Origin: Chara braunii
Taxonomy: Eukaryota > Plantae > Charophyceae
DNA: 58,131 nucleotides
Assembly (NCBI GenBank): GCA_003427395.1
Contig: BFEA01000028.1
Span: 583,072-641,202, forward strand
Direction: 5' to 3'
Shown: piece by piece, positions 36,932 to 49,310 of the stretch
Position numbering within the stretch: the first letter of the stretch is position 1
Layout: the number at the start of each line of letters is the position of its first letter
The notes under the pieces: generated by a model
Told to the model about the DNA's origin: nothing
What the model saw: only the letters and a program-made list of their open reading frames with translations
Databases searched by the model: none
Made by a program: the position numbers and the translations under genes

Positions 36932-39358
36932 GGGGAAACTATGCGCGAGTCACAAAAAGGAGTTGTGATTGCACTATGGGCCAAGATACAGTATGGAAGT
37001 TTGGGCAATATATACAACCCAGCTTTCTAAGGGGCTCGTTAGACACTCCTCGGGGGTGTGTCCCGAGGAAAATTTTGTTCCACCTATCCCCAGGGATGAA
37101 AACGAAAAAAAGAAGTCACAACATTTCCCCAAAGGACCTCCTGAGGTCCTTCGGCGGTCAAGGATCCGCAATGATCGCAGCGGCAAGGGCACCCGTCATC
37201 GGCCATGGCTGGTGCATTGGAGTTCCTGCCGGGCAGCGCATGGACATCTTGGGTCATCAACGTTCAGATTCCAGGAACCTTGCGCCAACGGTAACCGTTG
37301 GTGGCCGGCCGGCCCCCGTGGACGTCGTCGACCAGTGTTCTCCCTCGCAGTGCGTGCAGCCAAACGGAAAGGGGTCGAACGGTCGGCAAATTAGAATACT
37401 TCAGCCGACCCCCCTTGATACGATTGCCCACTGTATTCCGTGACGAAAAACGCTACAAGGCGTTTGTCCCATGCCGCGGTCTGCTGTTTGCAGCCCTCTT
37501 CGTCACTGTTTGCTGGAGGTGTACCGTCTAGCTACTGCCCTTCCCTGCTTGCCTTTCATGGCCAACGTCTTTCGAAGGCTGCCGCTGCTGCTCCTGGTCA
37601 TCCTTTTTTTTGTCCTTGTCGTCTTCTTCCACATCTGCATTCTTGGCCGGGTCCCTGGACGTACACGAAAGAGGCGGTCTGTGAAGAAGGATGTCAGCAT
37701 GGACGGGCAGCAGGCGAAGAGCAGGTCTTCAGTGGACCACTCCAGAAGCCACCGCGCAGGCCACGGCCTGGATCGCAGTGCAAGGGCGTACGACCCGTTA
37801 GAGTGTGTGTGTTGTATGCTGTCGTCTATCGTCTGCTCCCTTCATTGTCGCCGTTCGGTGGACTTTCACCGTCGTCGTAGAATTATGGCCCTGTCGTACG
37901 TGTTGTTGATGGCCGACCTCTATTGAAGGTTGCCACTGCTGCTCCTAGACACAATTTGCTTGTCGTGGTCCTCCTGTTCCACGTGTGCTTCCTCTATCGT
38001 TGATGGCCGGCCTCTATCGAAGGCCTCCAGCAGAGAAGATGAGGGATCGACACTGACTGCAGTCGATATCGACATCAACAGCGCATCCTGCGGGCGTTCG
38101 TCCACACTGGATGCAATCGCCATCGCCCAAAAGACATATGGCGACATACGCAGTTTGCATCATCGCATTGCCTGAGATCCTCCCACGCCCCCCCCGTCCT
38201 CCTTTTAATCCACCGCCTCGGCGTTGCTCGTGGAAGAACATTGCAAACCATGGCGCAGCAAACCTGAACTGCAGCCTCGGTAATGGCCACGATATCCAAC
38301 CCATCGACCGGGACTTGATGAAGCACATTCCTCCTCCTCGTGTGGATCTGCGATCTCAATTCTGCCCAATGCCAACCTCCTAAATAGAGCACTACAGCAA
38401 ATAAAGATGAGACTAATAAGTTTAAGTATGAAGCAACATAAAAGATTCCAAATTTTATACCAGAATATTCAGTCTGATAACCTGCTACTAATTCTTCTTC
38501 AGCTTCTGGCAAATCAAATGGTAATCTTTCACATTCTGCTAAGGATGCTATAAAAAAAGTGCCCTCTCCTGTTGACAACGAAAGAGCACGGTTGTCACGG
38601 CCTGCCGCCACTGTCGTCTTCTCGATCGTCGTCAACCTTGCACATCCGTCGTCGCTGCCGCCGTCGATTGGCACGTGTGTTGAAATGCTCATGAACCACG
38701 GAATGACAACAGCGTACCAACTCGCCATGACCATGGTAACCTCAGCGCCAAGTCCCCGACGACGTTCCCCACGTGTGCTCGACTCAAAACATAGGCACGG
38801 CGGCATGCAGAGGCCATGGCGATGGACCTTCGCGGGACGCTCACAAATTTGTGACGTCGTACAAGGACTCAACTGCGCCGCTGCAAATGCCCGTTTCCAC
38901 CATGACGGTCGCAGATATGGATGCCACCTGCCCCGCATCGTTGTCGTGACCTCCAGCACCCAATTCGAAATTTGATTTTCAAACGGGGAGGTCCATTGCT
39001 TTTTAAGGGATTTTTTTTTTTTTGGTCGCCAGCACCTATTAAATTTTCCCACCTTCGGCAGCTGGACCACACCGTAGCAAGACAGACATCACCCATTGGA
39101 CGAAGGCATTGCCCCCCCCGCGGCTGAATATAATATCATGACAATGGCCGCTGGTCCGAACGGAATCATCCTTGGGGGACTACCACAAGGATAGGTGTAA
39201 CGACGGCGAGAATTTCCTTCAAAACCCCCAAGGAAACTTCTTTCGGCCCCGAGAACGCCCCAAGGAGTGTCTAACGAGCCCCTAAGTGCATTTGCAAACT
39301 GTATCTTGCCCCATAGTGCAATTATAACTCGTTTTTCCGACTCACGCGTAGTTACCCC
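36932..39358. mobile_element. Pack-MULE-like element
   Basis: Long TIRs GGGG(A/T)AACTA.GCG.GAGTC...; 12-bp TSD TAATAATAAGAA / TACTAATAAGAA; no transposase seen; carries an ndhA fragment. Confidence 0.85.
38369..38558 (-). pseudogene. ndhA: Plastid ndhA fragment (NUPT)
   Basis: AT-rich island encoding [63 protein letters not shown], the plastid NdhA signature (mitochondrial Nad1 has ETNR instead of ECER). Confidence 0.93.
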
Positions 39359-39417
39359 TACTAATAAGAATCACAGAGGGTTTTCAAAAGCCTGCCATTC
39401 CAGGAGGGAGGTACCAC

Positions 39418-40050
39418 TAGCCAGCTGGTTGTTTTTTTTTTAATTTTATTTATTTTTTCAATTATTTATTTTTTAATGGAGCTGGTTGGATTGATGTGAT
39501 AGCTATGGGACAATATCTAGCCAGCTGGTTGGATTTTTAAAATTTTAGTTTATTTATTTAAGTACTAGGCTACCAGCCGCGCTGCCCGGGTCACCCTATT
39601 TTCCCGGGCGGCCCGGGTCACCCTATTTTCTCGGGCGGCCCGGCCGTGCAAGGACCAGGGAAGGTCCCAGCCAAAAAAAAAAAAAAAAAATCCAAAAAAT
39701 CCGAAAAAAAACTATGTTATGCAGAAAAATAAACTGAACAACTTTTGCCTCAGGGTCACATCGAAATTCTGTACCAAATTTAAAATAAAAAATTAAATTA
39801 AAAAATAATTTTTATTTTTTATTATCTTTTTGGCACGGCCGGGCAAGTGGACCCGGGCCACTCTGGTAGCCTAGTTCAAGTATTTTTTTATTTTTTTTTT
39901 CAGGGAGCAGGTAGGATTGATGTGATAGCTATGGGACAATATCTAGCCAGCTGGTTGGATTTTTTAATTTATTTATTTATTCAGTTATTTATTTATTTAT
40001 TTATTCATTAAGGCATCAGGTTGGATCGATGTGATAGCTATGGGACAATA
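39418..40050. repeat. Tandem repeat (~3 units) containing GATGTGATAGCTATGGGACAATAT
   Basis: Unit recurs near 39490, 39920 and 40028; interrupted by the hAT MITE. Confidence 0.8.
39565..39874. mobile_element. hAT MITE
   Basis: TIR CTAGGCTACCAG, 8-bp TSD TTTAAGTA/TTCAAGTA, CCCGG subterminal repeats. Confidence 0.88.
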
Positions 40051-40205
40051 TTGCGGGAATACTAAATCAAAGGAACAATACGGCCAGGCTGTTCGTCCAT
40101 CTTATCAACCATAGACTGATGGCTTATGGTTCAAATATGAACTGGACTCTCCACATTGTCTGCAAAGAAAAGATACTGGAAGGAATGGTAATGGGCACTC
40201 CTGAA

Positions 40206-40526
40206 ACCAGCAGTACTTGGCCGAGCTATTGGCCGTGGAAAAGAGTAGAGTAGAAACATTCCTAGTTGCATGAATTTGGGCGCTCCTGTACCGGCTCGTA
40301 CGTTTCCTAAAATAGTGGCTTGGTAATGGGCACAACTTAAGGAAGTACTGGTTGTTTAAACCGCAAGTACACGGCCCCAGCCTTGCAGAAAGTTTCTTGT
40401 CGCCACAAGCACAACTCGGAGGGGCCTCGTGGCGTGGGGCGCCGTTGATAAAAAAAGACGGCAGCCTCCGAAGTGGTGCGGGTTTCACACGGACACCCAC
40501 GAGCCGATGTCTGGTGTACTGGTGCT
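40206..40526. mobile_element. Two abutting TTAA-type MITEs (40206-40355, 40360-40526)
   Basis: ACCAGCAGTACTT...AAGTACTGGTTGT|TTAA|ACCGCAAGTACAC...GTGTACTGGTGCT|TTAA. Confidence 0.65.
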
Positions 40527-40875
40527 TTAAGCCACCGCTACCTCCAAGCCTCTTTTTCCCAACACAGATTTTCCTGCTCACCAGGAAAAGAAGAATCGGC
40601 GAGTCAGCATTTTCTTTTCTTTTTCTGGCTGGTGCCACCAGCCATTGTGCTCCAATAGCACTCTGTTCATAGGTGTAAATCAATTCGTCGGCCTCCGCTG
40701 CCTGAGAAAGGTAATGGTGGTTTTAGTTGACACAGTTCCTGCCCTTGAAGGAATGCTCTGGCAGAATCTCTTCCAAAGAATAGGCGGGGGAGTCAGGGTT
40801 TTCTTTTCTTAACACAGTTTCCGTCTGTGTGCAGGAACGCTCGCTCTAACAGAATCTCTGCAGTATTTTCTAACA

Positions 40876-40878
<3 letters not shown>

Positions 40879-40923
<45 letters not shown>

Positions 40924-43900
40924 CATGCTCCAATCTATTCGTGGGGAGCATCACGTGCTGGGAACCGGGCCCAGCATCCCATATGGAATTGTACAGACCA
41001 TTGAGAACATTTGAGATACCGGAGCCAATACCTGGCTTCGGGTAAGAGCAGTCTGTGAACACGATATGATTCAGAAAGCATGGGGAAGATCATGAATATC
41101 TAATGACCTATTAAGGAACTACTCATGCAATAGGCTGCCACAGAATACGAATCCCCAGAACCCTCGGGATCCCTAACAAGCCCTTCTAAGACTTTCCAAC
41201 ACAGTCTTACTCCCTGCTGAGCTCTTCCAGGCCTCACGCCCCCACCCTGCTTGGTTACAGGGCAACACAACTCACCCCAGCTCCGACCAGCGTCGTCCCA
41301 GCAGCAAACCTTGGCTGTCCCTTAGGATGCCCACCCCAAAGCATCCCCAGATCTCTCTACCAGGCCTCGCGCTCCTGCATCAGCAGGTTACAGGGCAACA
41401 CCCCAGCACCGGCCAGTGTCGTTCTGGCATCGAAGAGCCGCAGATCACTGAGTATAACAGCTTCAAAACCGCCTAAGATGGGTTGCTAAGAGTCCCTAGA
41501 GTCCTAAGACATTCATAAGAACAACCAACCTATTTTCCACTATTTAGACTCTACCAAGTCACTAGAATATGTGTGTCAAAAAGCCTCCCAACCACAAATC
41601 AGAGAGGTGAAACCTATTCAATCCACCTACGACCACCACCAACATGGTTGTTTTCAGCACGAACCGAAGCTCTTCCAAGACTCTTGCTCCCATCAGGTTA
41701 GGTTACAGAGTTGCACCACCTTGCTCCAGCACCGGCCAACATTGCTCCACTTACGACCCCCGATGACCACTGAGACTGCCCCCGCAAACACCCCCCCAGA
41801 GCTCTCTACCAGGCCTTATGCCCCCACTAAGCTGGGTCACAGAGTTGTGCCACCTGGCTCCGGCTCCGGCCAGCGTTGCTCCAGCATCAGTCTTCGAGGG
41901 CCACCGAATTTCCAACCACTTTTCGCAGGATCACAGATGACTTGCCAGATAACACTTATTCCTACATCCTCCTTGAGAGGCAACAACGTCTCAGGTACAT
42001 TAAAAATGTGGACAGTAAACTGCAGCAGATCCGAGAAGCCATCCCTCTCGCCTGGCAACTCGCCTTGAAAAAAGGGCCGGATGTGCAGTCAGGAGATTGG
42101 GTGATCAAGCAGGGAGGCCTCCCCCTGCCTTTGATTATTTACAAAGTTCAGTCAAATAATCGGGGAAATTGTACTTTGGAAGTTTGGAAGCCTATGATCC
42201 TGACTTGTCAGGGGCGAGACTGACAAAATTGACACGAAACGCCGACCTGGACTGCGATGAAAATCGAGATGGATTGATGAATATAAGAGTGGTGGGTGAC
42301 CAGAGGCCTTCTACGCCTATGAAGCCCTCGACCCCGATAGAGGCCCTACCTTTTGATCCGGCGGAGTGGGAATGGTCAAGCGACAAACCCATACACATAT
42401 GGGACTACACAGTCCGAGGGGGATACAGGAAGTCGAGACCGACGCTGCAGGTTACCCAAACCATTGCAGCGAGATGGGCTAGGGATTCTAGACCGAGACC
42501 TCTTGCGGAACCTCTCCTAGTCCCACTATGCCAAGATAATGCCCACAAACCTCCGCTCGCTGCAATGGCAGATCCTGCACCGATGTCTCCCCACACCGGA
42601 TTGGCTCGTGTCCAGAACCGACCTGGAACAGAAAGGCCAACTCTCCCCCATATGCGCCTATTGTGGCAGGGCTTCCCCCCCGGCGTGTGCGACCTTGGAG
42701 CATTGCCTCCTCGCTGCGAGACCTCGCATGCCTGATGGTTGCCCAAATTTGGCAGTGGTGGGATGCTGACCTCGGCCTCCTGCTGTTGGGAAAGAACATC
42801 CACCTCCTTTCCGGTTGGTCCCCCTATGCAGCCAACTTGTTCATGTACACAAGGCTCCAGGTATTGATGCTAGCTTGGAGAGCAAGATGCTCATTCAAAT
42901 GGAAGGATCACCAGTTTGGTCTCCAGCAGGCCCAACAGATATTGGAGGAGGTCATCAGATCCCACACCCACGAAGCCTGGAAAACTATGAAAAAAGATCT
43001 CAGAGATGAAAAAGAACCCCGCGCCAGAGCTGCCATCACCGAATCCTACATCCAGATATGGCAGGACCCCCACCGTCAGTTCAGCGAGTTGGATGTACAA
43101 CTGAACATCCAATGGAAACCCTGGAGAGCCTCTGAGCACACTTGGCAGAGGAGGCCCGTGACTGACTTCCATATCCCGTACCTCCAAACCAACTTCGTCC
43201 TGCTTCCACACCACCCCACCCCCCCCCCCCCCCCCCGCCGCCGCCCACTTGCAGACGCCCTCCTCCCCCCTAACTGCCCCACCCCTTTCCCCTTATGCCC
43301 CTTCCACTCCCTGCATTCCCAGCCTCCGTCGATGATCGCCGGAGCATGGGTCCGCCAAGGAAGACGTGCAACATGGCTATGCCGGGAAATGTGCAGACAA
43401 GAACAAGATCGACGCCTCCCACCGTGTCGGAAGAGGTTGGTATTGGGATAGTTCTGTAGCTTGCAAACTGGGTTCACAACTCTGGCACCGCTGGCTGCAA
43501 CAGCAGGTGGGGAACATTAACCAGTCTGCCAACAATCTCCAAGAGCAACTGCGAAGGTGATAAACTGAACTGCTGTCTGGGATGCTTCTCAGAGGCTGCA
43601 GATTCACGATTGGATTGTTGGACTTCTGCAGACCGTGCTTACGAACTGAGACCTTCTTAAGGGAAATGTGAACACTGATCACAATCGACTTGGGGAAACA
43701 GCTGGGCAGCGGTCAAGAGGAATGACTAGAAGATTGTAGCTCAGCAGGATTTTAAAGACCCCATGCGGTCAAATGGAAATGACTAGGGGACTGTAGCTCA
43801 ATGGCCGGCTTGCCGGGTGGGCAGGCACACCCCTGGATACAACTTCTATTTTGGATGTGTAAAATGTAAGATGTAAAAGTGGACGCTGGGCCCGTTTCCC

Positions 43901-44650
43901 AGCAGGTGCAGCTCCCCACCAATAGATGGAGCCGCCCTGAGACTAGCTTGACATGTCTGCTCCTACCAGCATCTCCAGCTAACTCCGGGGATCGTTTTGA
44001 TTAAAAAAAAAANNNNNNNNNNNNNNNNNNNNNNNNNNNNNNNNNNNNNNNNNNNNNNNNNNNNNNNNNNNNNNNNNNNNNNNNNNNNNNNNNNNNNNNN
44101 NNNNNNNNNNNNNNNNNNNNNNNNNNNNNNNNNNNNNNNNNNNNNNNNNNNNNNNNNNNNNNACCACCAACATGGCTGTTTTCAGCATGAACCGAAGCTC
44201 TTCCAGGCCTCATGCTCCCATCACGTTAGGTTACAGAGTTGCACCACCTTGCTCCAGTACCGGCCAGCATTGCTCCAGTTACGACCCCCGATGACCACTG
44301 AGACTGCCCCCACAAACAGCCCCCCAGAGCTCTCTACCAGGCCTCACGCCCCCACTAGGCTGGGTCACAGAGTTGCGCCACCTGGCTCCAGCTCCGGCCA
44401 GCGTTGCTCCAGCATCGGTCTTCGAGGGCCACCAATTTTTAACCAGCCTTCGCAGGATCACAGATGACTTGCCAGATAACCATATTCCTACATCCTCCTC
44501 GAGAGGCAAACCAAATGGACAGAAATAGCAAACTAGATGATAGACTTACTCCCCCGAAGTGAAGAAAAGAAAAAACAAGGAATTTAGGAAATAGGATTCC
44601 TAAGATGTGAATGAAAGAATCGGAAATTTCTGAAAGTTATGATGGAGAAA
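40879..44650 (-). mobile_element. LINE 3' UTR remnant with internal tandem subrepeats, interrupted by another LINE
   Basis: Poly(T) 40879-40919, shared 3' motif 40927-40980, closely related to the 3' end at 49311-49470; far boundary approximate. Confidence 0.7.
41984..44012 (+). mobile_element. 5'-truncated L1/Tx1-like LINE
   Basis: LQWQILHRCLPT.DW, CAYC...TLEHCLLAC zinc knuckle, LMLAWRARC; 3' motif at 43881-43990 then poly(A). Confidence 0.88.
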
Positions 44651-44656
44651 AGATAG

Positions 44657-44692
<36 letters not shown>

Positions 44693-45470
44693 CATGACGA
44701 CGAACAGCACCCTAAAGATGATGATGATGAGGATGATGGTGACGACCAACTCACCTGCTGATGTGAGCGGCAAACAATGCCTTGAAGAGCAAACATCTAA
44801 TGATGACAAGTTAATGATGATGATGATGATGATGGTAGTGATGAGAATGGAGACCGAATGATGAAGCTGATCATACTAAAGAGCGGCACCAACAGCCCTG
44901 CCCTATGATTACAAACTGACGATGATGATGATGATGATGATGATGTCGGCAATGATGATGGTGATGATGATGATGACAACGCGCAGCGCCCTGTGATGAC
45001 AACAGGATGATGATGGTGCTGATGACGAGCACGTTTAATGATAACCTAATGATGATGATGATAGGGATGAGCAGCGCCCTATGATGACGAACTTCGCCAA
45101 CCCCACCCTTATGATAATGAACTATTAATGATGGTATTACAACGTTGAGTGACGAGCAGCACCCCTGATGATGTTAATGATGATGATACTAGTGCCAAAC
45201 AGAAGTGTAGACCTACGCCTTGATGATGATGACGAGCAGTACCCTGATGATGATGACGAGCAGTACCCTGATGATGATGGTGGTGATGACGAGCAGCTTG
45301 CTAATGATGATGACGAACCATTACCGTGATGATGAAGTTGAACCACGCCCTGTTGATGATGATGATGATGATGATGACGAGCAGCACCCTGATGATGATG
45401 ATGACGACGAGCAGCACCCTGATGATGATGATGATGACGAGCAGCACCCTGATGATGATGACGAACCATG
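44693..45470. repeat. (GAT)n-based minisatellite with GACGAGCAGCACCCT cores
   Basis: Directly visible; preceded by a poly(T) tract. Confidence 0.9.
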
Positions 45471-46142
45471 ATACCCAAAGGACACAGCCCCAATCACCGA
45501 CTCTTAGCTCCAAATCAAAATAGAGACGTGGCAGCGACCTCATGCAGTGCCTCTCGTGGCACTTCGGGTTACCTAAGGCTTACTCCACTGATCTCCACAG
45601 GCGTCCACAAAGTCGACACCTCACAGGCCCTATGCCACGGGCAAAACCGCAGCAGCAATGGAGTAAAAATGCGAACTCCCAGAAAGCCTCCGGGAGTTTG
45701 TCTATCCTCCCTATCAACCTGTGATACGGTATAGACAAGCACCTTCACTCCCCATGAGTGCGCAAAATGCCTGGTCCGTCAAAGAACATCGCCATACTCC
45801 ACCATCACACGAGCAACCAATTAAGCAGAGCTCGACGCCCAGCCCAACAACTCCTCCGTAACCCACCAGCGCCTCTGTCATGCCATCGCCATGCGCTACT
45901 TTGCCTGTGAAAGTGCCACAGCGAAACCGGTTCGAGCCAGGCGGCCCGCTTTGCCGCCTCGCTCCGCCACTGTGGTTGGTACGGGGGCGCAGCGCTCCCC
46001 ACCCCTGACATCCCGTACTAAGGAACTGCTATGCCAGCCTCAACCCTTGACTCATACTGGGAGGATGACCAGCCCTAAGTCATAATCTGGCTTCAAACAC
46101 AGGACCTCATGTAAATCATGCAAACGACCTAACCTAGTGGCC
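45470..46142 (-). mobile_element. Probable tRNA-headed SINE
   Basis: Minus strand starts GGCCACTAGGTTAGG...GAGGTCCTGTGTTTGAAGCC (degenerate A and B boxes); 3' boundary approximate. Confidence 0.45.
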
Positions 46143-46811
46143 TTTTTTTTTTTTTTTTTTTTTNNNNNNNNNNNNNNNNNNNNNNNNNNNNNNNNNNNTT
46201 TTGGAAAAGCCCAGGGTGTTGTAGAGGCCGAGGACCAGACCCGTGGTGATTGTTGGTAGCGGCAGCCAATGGCTGTCCTGACAGGATAGGCCACCTACCC
46301 TACCCATCCCCAGTTAGTACTCCTAGCGCACCCCCTGTCCCTACTATCCTACCTCAGTGTGACCAGCACTCAGGACCATCACCCTACCAGTATCGAGGGC
46401 AACTTGGACCAGACAGCAGTGACAAGCACCAAAGCTGGGCCAACCTCCCAGCCCTGATGGAAGCGGAAGCGGACGAAGCTTGCCATATGGGAACTTCGGA
46501 CGCCAGGCTCATGCAATCTTCTACAGGCCCAATTCAGAGAGTCTACCCAGCAGAATTACCTAAGCAAGGCACGCCAGCACCCGCGGACACATCCTACCGT
46601 CCTTCCCCTAGCTTACCCAAGGTTAGGCGGAACTCAGACTAGCCTGAGCTACTTATATCCCTACCCTACCCTAGAGCGAAGCCATGCGTGAGTAGACCCC
46701 GTCATATACCTGATAGACCCCCCCTAACCGAGTGGCCTAAGCTATGAAATAGTCTGTAGCTTTGCTCTGCTGGGCTCGACTAAACCAGACTGTACAAACC
46801 ACCCAGCCGTC

Positions 46812-47340
46812 TTTTTTTTTTTTTTTTTTGAAGAAACAACCCAAGTGATTGCTAGGAGCGCTGATAAAAGCAGACACCTCTAGCAGACTCGGGGAGGCTC
46901 CATCTATTGCTGGGGAGCATCACCTGCTGGAAAACGGGTCCAGCGTCCTTGTAAGCAACCAGATGTCATATAACATGCCACCTGTTCATCCTACTATAAT
47001 CCTGAGCATTAATTGCTCCTACCAGCAGCACTAGCATTGCAGGGGGTGTGTTTAAAAAATATATATATACAAAAAAAAGAGCCAACACGTAGGCACGCGC
47101 CATTCAACCTAATGAGCAGCATTGATTGCCCTCAACCGAGGGGATTAGCTACCCATCACAGGTAAGATATATCCCTACTCAGAAACCCTCATCTTATTCT
47201 AAAAAAATCTTACTGTGCCATGAGGTGAAGAGGTAATCAGAGCAGGGAGGTAGAAAGTCAATTATGCGAATCCCAGAAAAAAAAACCTAGATTCATCATT
47301 GTGACCCACTTTACAGTGAACCACATAGGCTGCCCCAATG
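46812..47340 (-). mobile_element. LINE 3' UTR fragment
   Basis: Poly(T), shared 3' motif 46840-46948, upstream hairpin 47110-47157. Confidence 0.8.
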
Positions 47341-47648
47341 CATAACACTACTATTCCTCCTGCGCTGCCACGTGGCGAATTTGTAGCGCAACTGAAATGA
47401 CAATCCCCGCGTGGCAGCCATATTTACGGAATTCATACATATTGGGATCGCCAATTACTCGTGACAAATTAAGATCACCAATTACATGTGGCAAACAGAT
47501 AAGCAAGCCCATACCCAAGGCATGGTTATTCTGTTGCCAAGTGGCCAAACCTTGTGGCCACATCCCATCTTTCTGACTAGCATTCTCTAACCTCCTTCGT
47601 GCCACCATCTCTCTCCTCGCACCCCCACACATCGTTCCTGTTTTCCAC

Positions 47649-48443
47649 TCACTCCATTCGGCCACCCCACTCGGCCATCCCCCCAATCAAAATCCAACGA
47701 ACTAAAAGGAAACAAGCTCCACCATGAGTATCATCATTGTTATTCCTGTTGTTGTTGTTGTTGTCACCGGCAGCGTTGATTTGTTTTTTGTTGCTGATGT
47801 AGTCAATATTTCTCCCCAACGAGCACGAACTTGAAATCCCTCCTTCCCTGCAGCTGTCCTGCACAGTCTTATCGCCGCTGGTGCAGTTAGTGTTATCAAT
47901 ATTACTGGCCTGTACATATGTGAGCGTCGTTTCAGCAGGCCTGTCGTTGTCATTGTTGTTGTTGTTGTCGTTGTCGTTGTTGTTGTTGTTTTTGTCATTG
48001 CAGATACCGGCGGTGTAGGCAAAATCGTTGTCGTCGTTTCTGTCGGTTTTGATAGCGTTGTCAGCGACGGAGCCGATGTCGTGTACGCCATCCTCAATTT
48101 CATCGTCTTCTTCATAGCATCGGTCTTCCAACGTAGCGCAAAGAGCTTGCCCCTCCTCAAGCTCCATATAGTAGTACCGCATCAGGCCTTGCAATCGTAG
48201 CTGATCCATGCGTACTTCCTGATGGGGGGAAGGCCCCTTCTCCAATCCCCATGTAATCTCCATCAGACTCCGCTGCACATCCTGGATCCATGAAAGCGAC
48301 GACACCATCCGTTCGGCCGCCGCCAATTTCAACTTCGCCACCAAACGACTTAGACGCGCGCTGCTCACTGGAACTGTAGTAAGCCATGCGGTAGCACCCG
48401 TCCGCTGTTCATCCAGACTCGCCATCTTTAGATTCGCCATCAT
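47649..48443 (-). other. 264-aa ORF with coiled-coil and Asn-rich parts, probably TE-derived (gag-like)
   Basis: Open frame with ATG start in a TE-dense context; no recognisable domain. Confidence 0.3.
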
Positions 48444-48924
48444 CAGCCACCACTCTGCACACCCCTGTTGTTATTGTCACAATCGGTCGAGAAAGAACGC
48501 GCTAACTCTCCTGAATTATCTTGCAGCAGTCGTGCCCACGTGCCGTCACCTAAGCTGCCACGTGGGAACCCCGCATACGCCCATGCCAGACGCTGGACGG
48601 GCAGTAGGACGACCAGGCGCAGCGATGGAAGATGCCCATCACTGCTCCAGTCCACGGAGTACGGCCGGGCCCTGCCGACCGGTCCACGATGCAGATTAGC
48701 GTTGTTCGCCCACCCAGCAGTCTCGTAACCACCCCATAGACCAAGAACATCAGGATACCCTGCCAGCACCCAGTCCCAACATACAACAGCCATGAGTTTC
48801 CCCTTGGGTGGTGAGCAGGCAGTGTCTGTAATAAATGATGCAATTTTTGGTTAAAAAGGGCTTCTGGTTTTCTTATAAATAGCATTAAAAAAATGCTGAA
48901 ATTTTGGGTCTCCGTTAACCGCCT

Positions 48925-49002
48925 CTCGTTTTGAACCTGCAACCTTATACCACAATGCACATTTCGAACCGGTGCTCTAACCACTGAGCTACATCAGCTG
49001 GA
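48925..49002 (-). mobile_element. tRNA-derived SINE head
   Basis: GATGTAGCTCAGTGGTTAGAGCACCGGTTCGAAATGTGCATTGTGGTAT...GGTTCAAAAC; same family as 57087. Confidence 0.75.
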
Positions 49003-49310
49003 CGCATGAGGGAAACTTCTAAAGTTTCATGCAGCTGGGCCGGCTCATTCATCTTCGGCATCAACTATCCTCCGGTTTCAACTCCGCCGACTGTGGGACG
49101 TACCGCATCTCATTTTCAACGGTGCAGCCAGTACGTGTTCTTGGTGAACATAGGCTTGCACCGCACCATTGACACTGTTCCTTGGACAGGACTGGCTGTG
49201 GCCCATGGACACGTACGCAGTCTAGACCCACCAGCTGCCCCATCAAGGGCGTTGAGGCCTGTCGACCTGAACAAAGGGGTCAGTTTTTTTGCTGAGGAGG
49301 GGTTGGGGAG

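Noticed and set aside
38075-39070. 331-aa ORF as a functional NADH dehydrogenase gene
   Set aside because: Only about 63 aa match NdhA; the rest is unrelated GC-rich element interior.
43881-43935. LINE 3' motif as HDV-like, twister, pistol or hammerhead ribozyme
   Set aside because: Could not fit the conserved cores or helix order of these classes on either strand by eye; left unclassified.
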